Origin: Eledone cirrhosa
Lineage: Eukaryota
NCBI GenBank assembly: GCA_964016885.1
Contig: OZ024757.1
Coordinates: 23,684,001-23,748,000 of the forward strand
Direction of reading: 5' to 3'
Length of the DNA stretch: 64,000 bases
In this document: one piece after another, positions 25,900 to 39,588 of the stretch
Numbering within the stretch: the stretch's first letter is position 1
Layout of the letters: each line of letters opens with the position of its first letter
Program-made: the position numbers and the translations under genes
The notes under the pieces: generated by a model
What the model was told of the DNA's origin: nothing
Databases searched by the model: none
What the model saw: only the letters and a program-made list of their open reading frames with translations

Positions 25900-26100
25900 C
25901 GAGGGTAATCCCAAAAGGTCTCCAAAGCGATGGGGATGCAGAGAAACTGTTCGTATGGGTGTTGTGATTGGTGCTTCCTTCACTCCCAGCAAGCATGCGC
26001 GCGCTTCTCTGGGATACTCAATCTTGGCCTGGCAGCCATTGAGAATGGAGCTCTCGTTGAACGCTAAAGCTATGTTGGTACTGCAACATCCAGTCCTAAA
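25898..26100 (+). mobile_element. Possible mariner-like terminal fragment
   Basis: Begins TA|CGAGGG at the edge of a (TA)n tract, a mariner-like TIR start; no partner TIR seen. Confidence 0.35.
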
Positions 26101-26411
26101 CAAATGAGGTTGTGTAGGTGTCACAACAAAAAAACACACAGTCCACGCTGTAATGTGGCCATGTAGGTAACACGGTAAAAACCTCCCAGTTCCACACTGT
26201 AAACGTGGTTGGTGTTACGAAGGGCATCCAGCCGTAGAAAACCCGCCAGATAGTCCTATACGAGCAGGACAACCAATCTTGGCTCACGTGGGACAATTCC
26301 CATCTAAACCAATGCTAGCGTGGAAGATAGACGTTTATATATATACACATACATATTTTATTTTCTTCATTTTCCATAGAGTATATATGAATTTCTCTCT
26401 CTCTCTATCTA

Positions 26412-26450
<39 letters not shown>

Positions 26451-26537
26451 CATATATATACATATGGCCTCCAAAAACAACGGTCAATTTTTAAAAGGGG
26501 TACGTCAATGTCTATTTATAAAACTGTTATATATTGT

Positions 26538-26600
26538 ATTTTGTCTGATGAAGGCATACCATAATGTAACTTGGTATCCTTGAAATATATATAATGAAAT
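26538..26600 (+). ncRNA. Minimal hammerhead motif, palindromic stem III ATATATAT
   Basis: ATTTTGT-CTGATGA-[AGG.ATACCA/TGGTAT CCT]-GAA-ATATATAT-A-ATGAAAT; stem I includes G-U pairs. Confidence 0.72.
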
Positions 26601-26640
26601 AAATATGGTTTTATAAATATAGTTTCCATTTATTAATATC

Positions 26641-26745
<105 letters not shown>

Positions 26746-27098
26746 GAGAGATAGAGAGAGAAATACATATATGTGTAATGGAAAATGAAGAAAATTCTTG
26801 GTACAGGAAGATATATTTGAAAAAAGAGTAGAATGACTTTCCTGGTGGTTGGTTTTCTTGTAAATACTATTAATAAAAATGTCTCTTTGTAACACATTGC
26901 ATTATTACTAACATACTAACGACTAACATACTAACAACTAACATACTAACAACCAGTGAAGTCATTCTCATTTTTTCAAATATACACACAGACACACAGA
27001 CACAAACACACACACATATATATTTATATATGTTTGTGTATGTTTTGACAAATATAATGTAATATAATATATATATATATGATGATGATGATATATAC

Positions 27099-27156
<58 letters not shown>

Positions 27157-27287
27157 GTAGGAGGTGAGTTTTATTGTAGTACAATAAAGCAATGCAGATA
27201 TCGGATAAGAAGCACTCTACAGTTTGATATGTTGATTTAAAACTGAACTATCCACAAATGTTTTTTAACCTTCATATCATGTCTTCC

Positions 27288-27358
27288 TGTTTTATCTGAT
27301 GAAAATACAAATATTATTGCATGATGATATTTGTTTTTGAAATGCGCATAATAAAATA
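27288..27358 (+). ncRNA. Minimal hammerhead motif, palindromic stem III ATGCGCAT
   Basis: TGTTTTAT-CTGATGA-[ACAAATAT/ATATTTGT]-GAA-ATGCGCAT-A-ATAAAATA. Confidence 0.78.
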
Positions 27359-27388
27359 CATGGAACTCTTTTAACCATCTTTTGTTCT

Positions 27389-27479
<91 letters not shown>

Positions 27480-27748
27480 TAGGCCGAAACAAATGAGATC
27501 GTGTAGGTGTCACGACAAAAAAACACACAGTCCACGCTGTAATGTGGCCGTGCAGGCAACACGGTAAAAACCTCCCAGACCCACACTGTAAATGTGGTTG
27601 GTGTTAGGAAGGGCATCCAACTGTAGAAAACCTGCCAGACAGTCCTATGCGAGCAAGACAATCACTCTTGCCTCAAGTGGGAAAACCCCCGTCCAAACCC
27701 ATGCAAGCGTGGAACACGGACGTTAAACGTTGATGATGATGATGATGA

Positions 27749-27810
<62 letters not shown>

Positions 27811-28133
27811 ATGTATGCAAAAAACAAACAGAAATATCAAAGTAAACAACACAGTACAATGAAGACATATATTAGTTTTACGCTTGACATAGTAGGAAAA
27901 GATTCTTATATATATATATATACATATGTATACATGTATATGATGATGATGTATGCAAAAGGCTACGTTTATATGCATATATATATATACATACATATAT
28001 GACATCCTTGTAAACAAGAAAAACTCCTGAGTGACAAGGTTCAAGCTTGGCCTTTCTATATATATATATATGTGTGTGTGTGTATATATATATCTTATAT
28101 ACAAATGGAAGTACAGCATATTCGAAGCCATAT

Positions 28134-28183
<50 letters not shown>

Positions 28184-29182
28184 TTTCAATATATATATAT
28201 ATATATATATATAGATAGATATATAGATATATATAGATATATATAGATATATTACTCTACAGCTGCCATTTTAAATATAGAACAATAAGTGAACTTTCAA
28301 CTTTCAACTTTACTTTAACCTATGTTTATCCTGACCAGATGTTATTTGACAATCACATACAGCCAAATAACTGAAAACTTTTGAATTAAACTTCAACCTT
28401 TGGCATATTGCCCTTATGTTAAGACCTAGATCATGTGGGAGTGTTTATTTCAAATTCTTTATATTTTCCATTATTTGAATTCATAATCTTTAATATATTT
28501 GATACCAAACCAACTGAGACTGCCCCTGGTTCTATGATACAAAAGCAAAACAGTTAAAGGGTTTATATTTACCTAAAAAACTTTCATATGAATTTTATGT
28601 AAAACCCTTTGTTATGTTATGTTCCAAACACCAGCTTACTGAAAAAGTTACTTCTATTACTTTATCTCTCCAAAATCTTAATTATTTGAAAATAATTGTT
28701 TCTACTATTGGCACAAGGCCAGCAATTACCCAGTACATTACTGGTACTTTATTTTATCGACCCCGTAAGGATGAAAAGCAAAGTTAACCTCGGCGGGATT
28801 ATTTGAAAATAATAGTGTCCTTCATTAGAAATATAGTAAAAAAAAAATGTTTAAATTGTTTGTATTTATGTAAAACCCTTCCATCATAATTTTATCTAAA
28901 AACCTTTGTTAATTATGTCCCTAACACCAGCTTAATAATGCTTTTAGACACAAGGCCAACAATTTCGGGGAGAGGTGAAAGTCAATTAAATCGACCTCAA
29001 TGCATGGCTGGTACTTTATTTTATCGATCCTGTAAAGATGAAAAGCAAAGCTAACCTATGTGGGATTTGATCTGAGAACATAAAAGGCCATAAATCTATG
29101 CCACAAAAGCATGTTGTCTGACACTCTACAGGTATTGCTAGATCACTTGGAGACAGTATTTAAAGACCTGGGCCCCCCAATA

Positions 29183-31495
29183 AGAAGGCAAAGAAGAAGA
29201 AGAAGAAGAAGAAGAAGAAGAAGAAGAAGAAGAAGAAGAAGAAGAAGAAGAAGAAGAAGACAAAGAAGAAGAAGAAGAAGAAGAAGAAGAAGAAGAAGAA
29301 GAAGAAGAAGAAGAAGAAGAAGAAGAAGGCAAAGAAGGCAAAGAAGGCAAAGAAGAAGAAGAAGAAGAAGAAGAAGAAGAAGAAGAAGAAGAAGAAGGCA
29401 AAGAAGAAGAAGAAGAAGAAGAAGAAGAAGAAGAAGAAGAAGAAGAAGAAGAAGAAGGCAAAGAAGAAAAAGAAGAAGAAGAAGAAGAAGAAGAAGAAGA
29501 AGAAGAAGAAGAAGAAGAAGAAGAAGGCAAAGAAGAAGAAAGAGAAAAAGAAGAATAAGGCAAAGAAGAAGAAGAAGAAGAAGAAAAAGAAAAAGAAGAA
29601 GAAGGCAAAGAAGAAGAAGGCAAAGAAGAAGAAGAAGAAGAAGAAGAAGAAGAAGAAGAAGAAGAAGAAGAAGGCAAAGAAGAAGAAGAAGAAGAAGAAG
29701 AAGAAGAAGAAGAAGAAGAAGAAGAAGAAGAAGAAGAAGGCAAAGAAGAAGAAGAAGAAGAAGAAGAAGGCAAAGAAGAAGAAGAAGAAGAAGAAGAAGA
29801 AGAAGAAGAAGAAGAAGAAGAAGAAGGCAAAGAAGAAGAAGAAGAAGAAGAAGAAGAAGAAGAAGAAGAAGAAGAAGAAGGCAAAGAAGAAGAAGAAGAA
29901 GAAGAAGAAGAAGAAGAAGAAGAAGGCAAAGAAGAAGAAGAAGAAGAAGAAAAAGAAGAAGAAGAAGAAGAAGAAGAAGAAGAAGAAGAAGAAGAAGAAG
30001 AAGAAGGCAAAGAAGAAGAAGAAGAAGAAGAAGAAGAAGAAGAAGAAGAAGAAGAAGAAGGCAAAGAAGAAGAAGAAGAAGAAGAAGAAGAAGAAGAAGA
30101 AGAAGAAGAAGAAGAAAAAGAAGAAGGCAAAGAAGAAGAAAAAGAAGAAGAAGAAAAAGAAAAAGAAGAAGAAGAAGAAGAAGAAGAAGAAGAAGAAGAA
30201 GAAGAAGAAGAAGGCAAAGAAGAAGAAGAAGAAGAAGAAGAAGAAGAAGAAGAAGAAGAAGGCAAAGAAGAAGAAGAAGAAGAAGAAGAAGAAGAAGAAG
30301 AAGGCAAAGAAGAAGAAGAAGAAGAAGAAGAAGAAGAAGAAAAAGAAGAAGAAGAAGAAGGCAAAGAAGAAGAAGGCAAAGAAGAAGAAGAAGAAGAAGA
30401 AGAAGAAGAAGAAGAAGAAGAAGAAGAAGGCAAAGAAGAAGAAGAAGAAGAAGAAGAAGAAGAAGAAGAAGAAGAAGAAGAAGGCAAAGAAGAAGAAGAA
30501 GAAGAAGAAGAAGAAGAAGAAGAAGAAGAAGAAAAAGAAAAAGAAGAAGAAGGCAAAGAAGAAGAAGGTGAAGAAGAAGAAGAAGAAGAAGAAGAAGAAG
30601 AAGAAGAAGAAGAAGAAGAAAGCAAAGAAGAAGAAGAAAAAGAAAAAGAAGAAGAAGAAGGCAAAGAAGAAGAAGGCGAAGAAGAAGAAGAAGAAGAAGA
30701 AGAAGAAGAAGAAGAAGAAGAAGAAGAAAGCAAAGAAGAAGAAGAAGAAGAAGAAGAAGAGAAGAAGAAGAAGAAGAAGAAGAAGAAGAAGAAAAAGATA
30801 AAGAAGAAGAAGAAGGCAAAGAAGAAGAAGGCGAAGAAGAAGAAGAAGGCAAAGAAGAAGAAGAAGAAGAAGAAGAAGAAGAAGAAGAAGAAGAAGAAGA
30901 AGAAGAAGGCAAAGAAGAAGAAGGCAAAGAAGAAGAAGAAGAAGAAGAAGAAGAAGAAGAAGAAGGCAAAGAAGAAGAAGAAGAAGAAGAAGAAGAAGAA
31001 GAAGAAGAAGAAGGCAAAGAAGAAGAAGAAGAAGAAGAAGAAGAAGAAGAAGAAGAAGAAGAAGAAAAAGAAAAAGAAGAAGAAGAAGGCAAAGAAGAAG
31101 AAGGTGAAGAAGAAGAAGAAGAAGAAGAAGAAGAAGAAGAAGAAGAAGAAGAAGAAGAAAGCAAAGAAGAAGAAGAAAAAGAAAAAGAAGAAGAAGAAGG
31201 CAAAGAAGAAGAAGGCGAAGAAGAAGAAGAAGAAGAAGAAGAAGAAGAAGCAAAGAAGAAGAAGAAGAAGAAGAAGAAGAAGAAGAAGAAGAAGAAAAAG
31301 AAAAAGAAGAAGAAGAAGGCAAAGAAGAAGAAGGCGAAGAAGAAGAAGAAGGCAAAGAAGAAGAAGAAGAAGAAGAAGAAGAAGAAGAAGAAGAAGAAGA
31401 AGAAGAAGAAGAAGAAGAAGAAGAAGAAGAAGAAGGCACAGAAGCAGAAGAAGAAGAAGAAGAAGAAGAAGAAGAAGAAGAAGAAGAAGAAGAAC
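29183..31495. repeat. ~2.3-kb (GAA)n tract with GGCAAA interruptions
   Basis: Direct inspection. Confidence 0.98.
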
Positions 31496-31839
31496 CATTG
31501 TTAAAAAGTCAGGTGAATCACCTCAACTTATATCTTTCTTAAACTGTGGACCAAGTTGACAAGAGGCAGAGCAGTAAACTAGAACATAAGGCCTTCAATT
31601 GAGGGTAAAAAGAGAATCCACACAAACAAGTGATATGAATGGACTCTTTAACTAGGCCATCACCAAGCTTCTCTATACACAATTCTTAATATTTATACAA
31701 TACTATAGGTGCATGGCCTAATGGTTAGGATGATTGACGTAGGATTGTAATGTCGTCAGTTCAATTCCTGGACAGGCTGTTGTGTTGTGTTCTTGAGTAA
31801 AACATTTTATTTCTCATTGCTTCAGTATATTCAGCTGAG

Positions 31840-32790
31840 AGAAGTGAATACCAGCACTAGCTGGGGACTTAAATCTGTGTCCTATCCAGGGAGAGTCTTG
31901 TACTCTCAGTTGCTTAATACCATGAAAACCAGAGATGAACTCCAGCCTGAGAATGAGTACCAGCAGTAACTGGAGAGTTAAACCTGTGATTGACTGGCAT
32001 CCTATCCAGGGAGAGACTTGTACTCTCAGTCCCTTAATGCCAAGGAAACCAAGGATAAGCACTGGTCTGAGAATGAGTACCAGCAGTAGGTGGGGGAGTT
32101 AAACCTGCAATAGACTGACATCCTATCCAGGGAGAGACTTGTACTCTCAGTCACTTATTGCCAAGGAAACCAGGGATAAGCACTGGTCTGAGAATGAGTA
32201 CCAGCAGTAGGTGGGGGAGTTAAACCTGTGATTGACTGGCATCCTATCCAGGGAGAGACTTGTACTCTCAGTCCCTTAATGCCAAGGAAACCAAGGATAA
32301 GCACAGGTCTGAGAATGAGTACCAGCAGTAGGTGGGGGAGTTAAACCTGCAATAGACTGACATCCTATCCAGGGAGAGACTTGTACTCTCAGTCACTTAA
32401 TGCCAAGGAAACCAAGGATAAGCACTGGTCTGAGAATGAGTACCAGCAGTAGGTGGGGAAGTTAAACCTGTGATTGACTGGCATCCTATCCAGGGAGAGA
32501 CTTGTACTCTCAGCCCCTTAATGCCAAGGAAACCAGGGATAAGCACTGGTCTGAGAATGAGTACCAGCAGTAGGTGGGGGAGTTAAACCTGCAATAGACT
32601 GGCATCCTATCCAGGGAGAGACTTGTACTCTCAGTCCCTTAATGCCAAGGAAACCAGGGATAAGCACTGGTCTGAGAATGAGTACCAGCAGCAGGTGGGG
32701 GAGTTAAACCTGCAATAGACTGGCATCCTATCCAGGGAGAGACTTGTACTCTCAGTCACTTAATGCCAAGGAAACAAGGGATAAGCAACT
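31840..32790 (+). repeat. Tandem array of 121-bp internal SINE-B segments (~8 copies)
   Basis: GAATGAGTACCAGCAG at 31951, 32071, 32192, 32313, 32434, 32555, 32676; SINE head upstream and tail downstream. Confidence 0.93.
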
Positions 32791-32968
32791 GAACCTTTGG
32801 CTTAGAACAGACTTTAACCTACTTGTAGGTACTCACTAATGCAAGCACAACAAGTTGGAATGGTTGTTCCAGCGTGACTCCCTCACCATCCTTTGGGGTA
32901 ACGTCCTCCATTCTATCCTCTGCTGAGACCACAAAGTAACCTGCACCTGATCTTCCCTACACTAGAAA

Positions 32969-35900
32969 ATGATCCCACACACCAGAGCCTGCTCCCACAC
33001 ACCAGAGCATGCCCCACACCCCAGAACATGCCCCACACATCAGATCATGCCCCATACATCAGATCATGCCCCACACATCAGATCATGCCCCACACATCAG
33101 AGAATACTCCCACACACCAGAGCATGCCCCACACCCCAGAACATGCCCCACACATCAGATCATGCCCCACACATCAGATCATGCCCCACACATCAGATCA
33201 TGCCCCACACATCAGATCATGCCCCACACATCAGATCATGCCCCACACATCAGATCATGCCCCACACATCAGAGAATGCTCCCACATACCAGAGCATGCC
33301 CCACACCCCAGAACATGCCCCACACATCAGATCATGCCCCACACATCAGATCATGCCCCACACATCAGATCATGCCCCACACATCAGAGAATACTTCCAC
33401 ACACCAGAGTATGCTCCACATACCAGAGAATACTGCCACACATCAAAGCATGCCCCATACACCAGAGCATGCTCCACACACCAGCGAATGCTCCCCCACA
33501 CCAAAGAACACTCATTCACACCAGAGAACGCTCATACACTCCAGAGAACGCTCCCCTACACAAAAGAACACTCCTCCACACCAGAGAACACTCCCCCACA
33601 CCAGAGAACACCCCCCTACACCAGAGAACACTCCCCTACACCAAAGAACACTCATACACACCAAAGAACACTCCTCTACACCAGAGAACACTCCCCTACA
33701 CCAAAGAACACTCCTCCACACCAGAGAACACTCCTCCACACCAAAGAACACTCCTCCACACCATAGAACACTCCCCCACACCAAAGAACGCTCCCCCACA
33801 CCAAAGAACACTCCTCCACACCAGAGAACACTCCCATACACCAGAGAACACTCCCCTACACCAGAGAACGCTCCCCTACAGCAGAGAACACTCCCCCACA
33901 CCAGAGAACGCTCCCCTACACCAGAGAACACTCCTCCACACCAGAGAACACTCCCCTACACCAGAGAACACTCCCCTACACCAAAGAACACTCCACCACA
34001 CCAGAGAACACTCCCCTACACCAGAGAACACTACCCTACACCAAAGAACACTCCTCTACACCAGAGAACACTCCTCCACACCAGAGAACGCTCCCCTACC
34101 CCAGAGAACACTCCCCTACACCAAAGAACGCTCCCCTACACCAGAGAACACTCCCCTACACCAAAGAACACTCCTCCACACCAGAGAACACTCCTCCACA
34201 CCAGAGAACGCTCCCCTACACCAGAGAACACTCCCCTACACCAAAGAACACTCCTCTACACCAGAGAACACTCCTCCACACCAGAGAACGCTCCCCTACA
34301 CCAGAGAACACTCCCCTACACCAAAGAACACTCCTCTACACCAGAGAACACTCCTCCACACCAGAGAACACTCCCCTACACCAGAGAACACTCCCCTACA
34401 CCAAAGAACACTCCACCACACCAGAGAACACTCCCCTACACCAAAGAACACTCCTCCACACCAGATAACACTCCCCTACACCAGAGAACACTCCCCTACA
34501 CCAAAGAACACTCCTCTACACCAGAGAACACTCCTCTACACCAGAGAACACACCCCTACACCAGAGAACACTCCCCCACACCAGAGAACACACCCCTACA
34601 CCAGAGAACACTCCCCCACACCAGAGAACGCTCACCTACACCAAAGAACACTCCCCTACACCAAAGAACACTCCTCTACACCAGAGAACACTCCCCCACA
34701 CCAGAGAACGCTCCCCTACACCAAAGAACACACCCCTACACCAAAAAACACACCCCTACATCAGAGAACACTCCCCACACCAGAGAACACTCCCCCACAC
34801 CAGAGAACGCTCCCCTACACCAGAGAACGCTCCCCTACACCAAAGAACGCTCCCCCACACCAAAGAACACTCCTCTACACCAGAGAACACACCCCTACAC
34901 CAGAGAACACTCCCCCACACCAAAGAACGCTCCCCCACACCAAAGAACGCTCCTCTACACCAGAGAACGCTCCTCTACACCAAAGAACACTCTCCTACAC
35001 CAAAGAACACTCCCCTACACCAGAGAACACACCCCTACACCAGAGAACACTCCCCCACACCAGAGAACACCCCCCCCCCCCACACACACACACACACCAG
35101 AGAACACTCCCCTACACCAAAGAACACTCCTCTACACCAGAGAACACTCCTCCACACCAGAGAACGCTCCCCTACACCAGAGAACACTCCCCTACACCAA
35201 AGAACGCTCCCCTACACCAGAGAACACTCCCCTACACCAAAGAACACTCCTCTACACCAGAGAACACTCCTCCACACCAGAGAACACTCCCCTACACCAG
35301 AGAACACTCCCCTACACCAAAGAACACTCCACCACACCAGAGAACACTCCCCTACACCAAAGAACACTCCTCCACACCAGATAACACTCCCCTACACCAG
35401 AGAACACTCCCCTACACCAAAGAACACTCCTCTACACCAGAGAACACTCCCCCACACCAGAGAACGCTCCCCTACACCAGAGAACACTCCCCTACACCAA
35501 AGAACACTCCTCTACACCAGAGAACACTCCTCCACACCAGAGAACACTCCCCTACACCAGAGAACACTCCCCTACACCAAAGAACACTCCACCACACCAG
35601 AGAACACTCCCCTACACCAAAGAACACTCCTCCACACCAGATAACACTCCCCTACACCAGAGAACACTCCCCTACACCAAAGAACACTCCTCTACACCAG
35701 AGAACACTCCCCCACACCAGAGAACGCTCCCCTACACCAAAGAACGCTCCCCTACACCAGAGAACACACCCCTACACCAGAGAACACTCCCCCACACCAA
35801 AGAACGCTCCCCCACACCAAAGAACGCTCCTCTACACCAGAGAACGCTCCTCTACACCAAAGAACACTCCCCTACACCAAAGAACACACCCCTACACCAG

Positions 35901-37081
35901 ATAACACTCCCCCACACCAGAGAACCCCCCCCCCCCCCCCACACACACACCAGAGAACGCTCCCCTACACCAGAGAACGCTCCCCCACACCAGAGAACGC
36001 TCCCCTACACCAGAGAACGCTCCCCTACACCAAAGAACACCCCCCTACACCAGAGAGCACACCCCTACACCAAAGAACACTCCCCTACACCAGAGAACAC
36101 ACCCCTACACCAGAGAACGCTCCCCTACACCAAAGAACACTCCCCTACACAAGAGAACGCTCCCCTACACCAGAGAACACTCCCCTACACCAGAGAACAC
36201 TCCTCCACACCAGAGAACACTCCCCTACACCAGAGAACACTCCCCCACACCAGAGAACACACCCCTACACCAGAGAACGCTCCCCTACACCAAAGAACAC
36301 TCCCCTACACAAGAGAACGCTCCCCTACACCAGAGAACACTCCCCTACACCAGAGAACACTCCTCCACACCAGAGAACACTCCCCTACACCAGAGAACGC
36401 TCCCCTACACCAGAGAACACTCCCCTACACCAGAGAACACACCCCTACACCAGAGAACGCTCCCCTACACCAAAGAACACTCCCCTACACAAGAGAACGC
36501 TCCCCTACACCAGAGAACACTCCCCTACACCAGAGAACACTCCTCCACACCAGAGAACACTCCCCCACACCAGAGAACGCTCCCCTACACCAGAGAACGC
36601 TCCCCTACACCAAAGAACGCTCCTCTACACCAGAGAACACACCCCTACACCAGAGAACACTCCCCCACACCAAAGAACGCTCCCCCACACCAAAGAACGC
36701 TCCTCTACACCAGAGAACGCTCCTCTACACCAAAGAACACTCCCCTACACCAAAGAACACACCCCTACACCAGAGAACACACCCCTACACCAGAGAACAC
36801 TCCCCCACACCAGAGAACCCCCCCCCCACACACACACACACCAGAGAACGCTCCCCTACACCAGAGAACGCTCCCCCACACCAGAGAACGCTCCCCTACA
36901 CCAAAGAACACCCCCCTACACCAGAGAGCACACCCCTACACCAAAGAACACTCCCCTACACCAGAGAACACACCCCTACACCAGAGAACGCTCCCCTACA
37001 CCAAAGAACACTCCCCTACACAAGAGAACGCTCCCCTACACCAGAGAACACTCCCCTACACCAGAGAACACTCCTCCACAC
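32969..37081. repeat. ~4.1-kb minisatellite, 19-20-bp unit (CCAGAGAACACTCCCCTACA)
   Basis: Direct inspection; 20-bp register visible line to line. Confidence 0.98.
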
Positions 37082-37685
37082 TATCCAGTGTAGTGAAGTT
37101 GAGTTGTGCTGCTGTTGAAAGACGTCTGCTAGAAATTCGCAGGAATATCAATCAATCAAATCTAAACTCCTCTCTTCAGCATTCTTGTTTTCCTCACCTC
37201 CCCCAGACCATATCTCTCCTCACTGCTCTCAGAGTATAGCTGGAGTAGCTGCTCCAACACATCACCCTCGCCATCCCCAGGGGTCAACGTCTTCTCCATT
37301 CTGTCTGCTGTGACCAGCAAGGTGGACTAAACCCTTAAAAGGGGGGGGGGGGGGGCAGCATGCTATCTTATGGTGTTTGTATTATGAAGTTGGTACAGCA
37401 GTCATATCTTTATCTTGACATTACCTAAAAACGAAAACAATTTGAACTTTTACTGCATGTCAATTTGTCTGTCTGTCTGTCAGCATCAACATCATCATCA
37501 TCATCATCATCATCACCAACGTCATTTTATCTCCACTGTTCCATACTTCCATAGATTGGAAAGGTCCTTGCCATCACAACCTTACTCCACTCAGTGTTCC
37601 TTCATAATCTCTTCTGTGAAGTTCACTCTAACCACCTATGATGAGGTTTTCTCAGTCTTCCTCTGCTATATGTATAATATATATG

Positions 37686-37719
<34 letters not shown>

Positions 37720-37877
37720 GGAACCAGTAAGACCCCTACGGCTGAGCTCAAGCCGTTTCGACGGCTTGAGCTCAGCCGTCGGGATCTTACTGGTTCCTAT
37801 TACCCACTCTACTACCCTAAGTATTGAGTACTTTGGTGCGTTATGGTCCACCTGGTTCCTTACCATAGTCCCTTCGT

Positions 37878-37923
<46 letters not shown>

Positions 37924-38255
37924 CATCCTCATCATTTTACGTCCACTTTTCCCTGCTTGCAAGGGTGGGACGGGAACTGATTCTGGCTTGATGTCTACAG
38001 CTGGATGCCCTTCCTAACACCAACCTCATTTACAGTGAGTGCTGGGTGCTTTTTTGCCGTGGCACCTCCACGTCCACTTTCCAGTGGAATGATAGGGACC
38101 CCAGTCCCTATCATCTCATTTCTACAGCTGAGTAAACTGGAGCAATGTGAAATAAAGTGTCTTGCTCAAGGAAACAACACATCACCCGGTCCGAGAATTG
38201 AACTCACAACCTTTCGATTGCAAGCCCAATGCTCTAACTACTAAGCCATGTGCCT

Positions 38256-38330
<75 letters not shown>

Positions 38331-38719
38331 GCGTGCGCGTGCGTGTGCGTGTGTGTGTGTGTGTGCGTGTGTGTGTGTGTGCGTGCGTGTGCGTGTGTGA
38401 ATAAGACCTATTTGGTTGACACCACTGAGATATATCTTTTCTCAGTATTGTGGAGTCGTGGAAAAACAATAGTGCTGAGGGATGAATAAGAGTAAAAACA
38501 CATGAAGGCCAACAGAGGGCAGTAGTTAACAGGTGTTATTACTGGAACTCTCAAGAGCCAGAAGGGGGAGGTGGGGTCACGGCATATTTCAACACAAGAT
38601 CAGGGCATAGAATGCTCAGCCACTTACATGTTAATTTCATGAGCAGGCAGTTCCAATGATTGAATCAATTGAATCAATTGGAGTCCAACAACATCATGAT
38701 TATTATTAGTGATAGTAGT

Positions 38720-39588
38720 GCGCTTGGAAACTGGAATGTCTTCAGGTGCTCACAGCCCTCGACAAGTGGGGCAATGTGATCGGTGGAAACTTCATAGAGG
38801 ATTAGTGGAGGGGAAGAGCGACGACGTACTTGGGGAAACTCTAGGCGTCGACGAAAATCAACTAGCCAATCTCTTCGGAAGAACTTTCGGGCCGGGGCCT
38901 ATGAACAATTTCCAGAAATCCCTGGCCTGGCAGTGCTACCGAGGAGTTTTGCCAGTTCGGGATAAATTCTACAGGCATGGAAGTGCCATCAGCCGGGTTT
39001 ATGTCGAACACCTGCTGTCACTTGTAGGACGGATCCAGCTATCAGCTGAGTCCATCGTGAGGATTGCCCCGCCCTCTTCCTTTAACCGGGAAGGGTATGC
39101 AGTTTTTATCTGTCTGGTGGCCATGACGAAAGAGATAGTATGGTGGACGCGTTTGAAAGGGCTGAAGACGAGCACTTACCTCTTCGGTGATGCCCTGATT
39201 AACTTTTTCAAATTTTATTTGAAAAGGAAAATCAGGGTAGAGAGGGAAGTGCTCTCTTCCCAGCATTTTGTTGAAAGATAGGTGAGAGAGGCAAGAATGG
39301 CCCGAGTGAATGGGCCTACTCTGAGGATGTGCCTGTAAATTAAAGGTGGAAAACTGGGAGAGGGCACTTTCCCTGGTGGTCAGGGTTACCGTAGCTTTTT
39401 TAATGGGCTTTCTCCACGAATGTCCCTCGGAAGTCTCCCCCCTATTAGGGAATTTTTCATTGTTTCTTTTTTGTTACATCCTCTGTTTTTTTTTTACATG
39501 CAGAAACGCCCATTTGTACCGTCTGTATTGTCCTGTACTGTCCTTAAGGCCTTACTTTGTGTAAACCCTTGTGGTTAATAAAGAAAGC
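38720..39588 (+). mobile_element. Tx1/L1-clade LINE 3' fragment with 18-bp target-site duplication
   Basis: ORF homologous to 6824-7426 but lacking the CPRC...HCP block; TSD ATTATTAGTGATAGTAGT at 38702-38719 and 39589-39606. Confidence 0.88.

Noticed and set aside
29111-31559. Poly-R/K/S/L/F ORFs of 486-786 aa
   Set aside because: Artefacts of the GAA tract.
32969-35904. 791-aa and 958-aa ORFs
   Set aside because: Translations of a 20-bp minisatellite that is nearly stop-free on the + strand; all frames give the same repeated peptide, and no splice context supports an exon.
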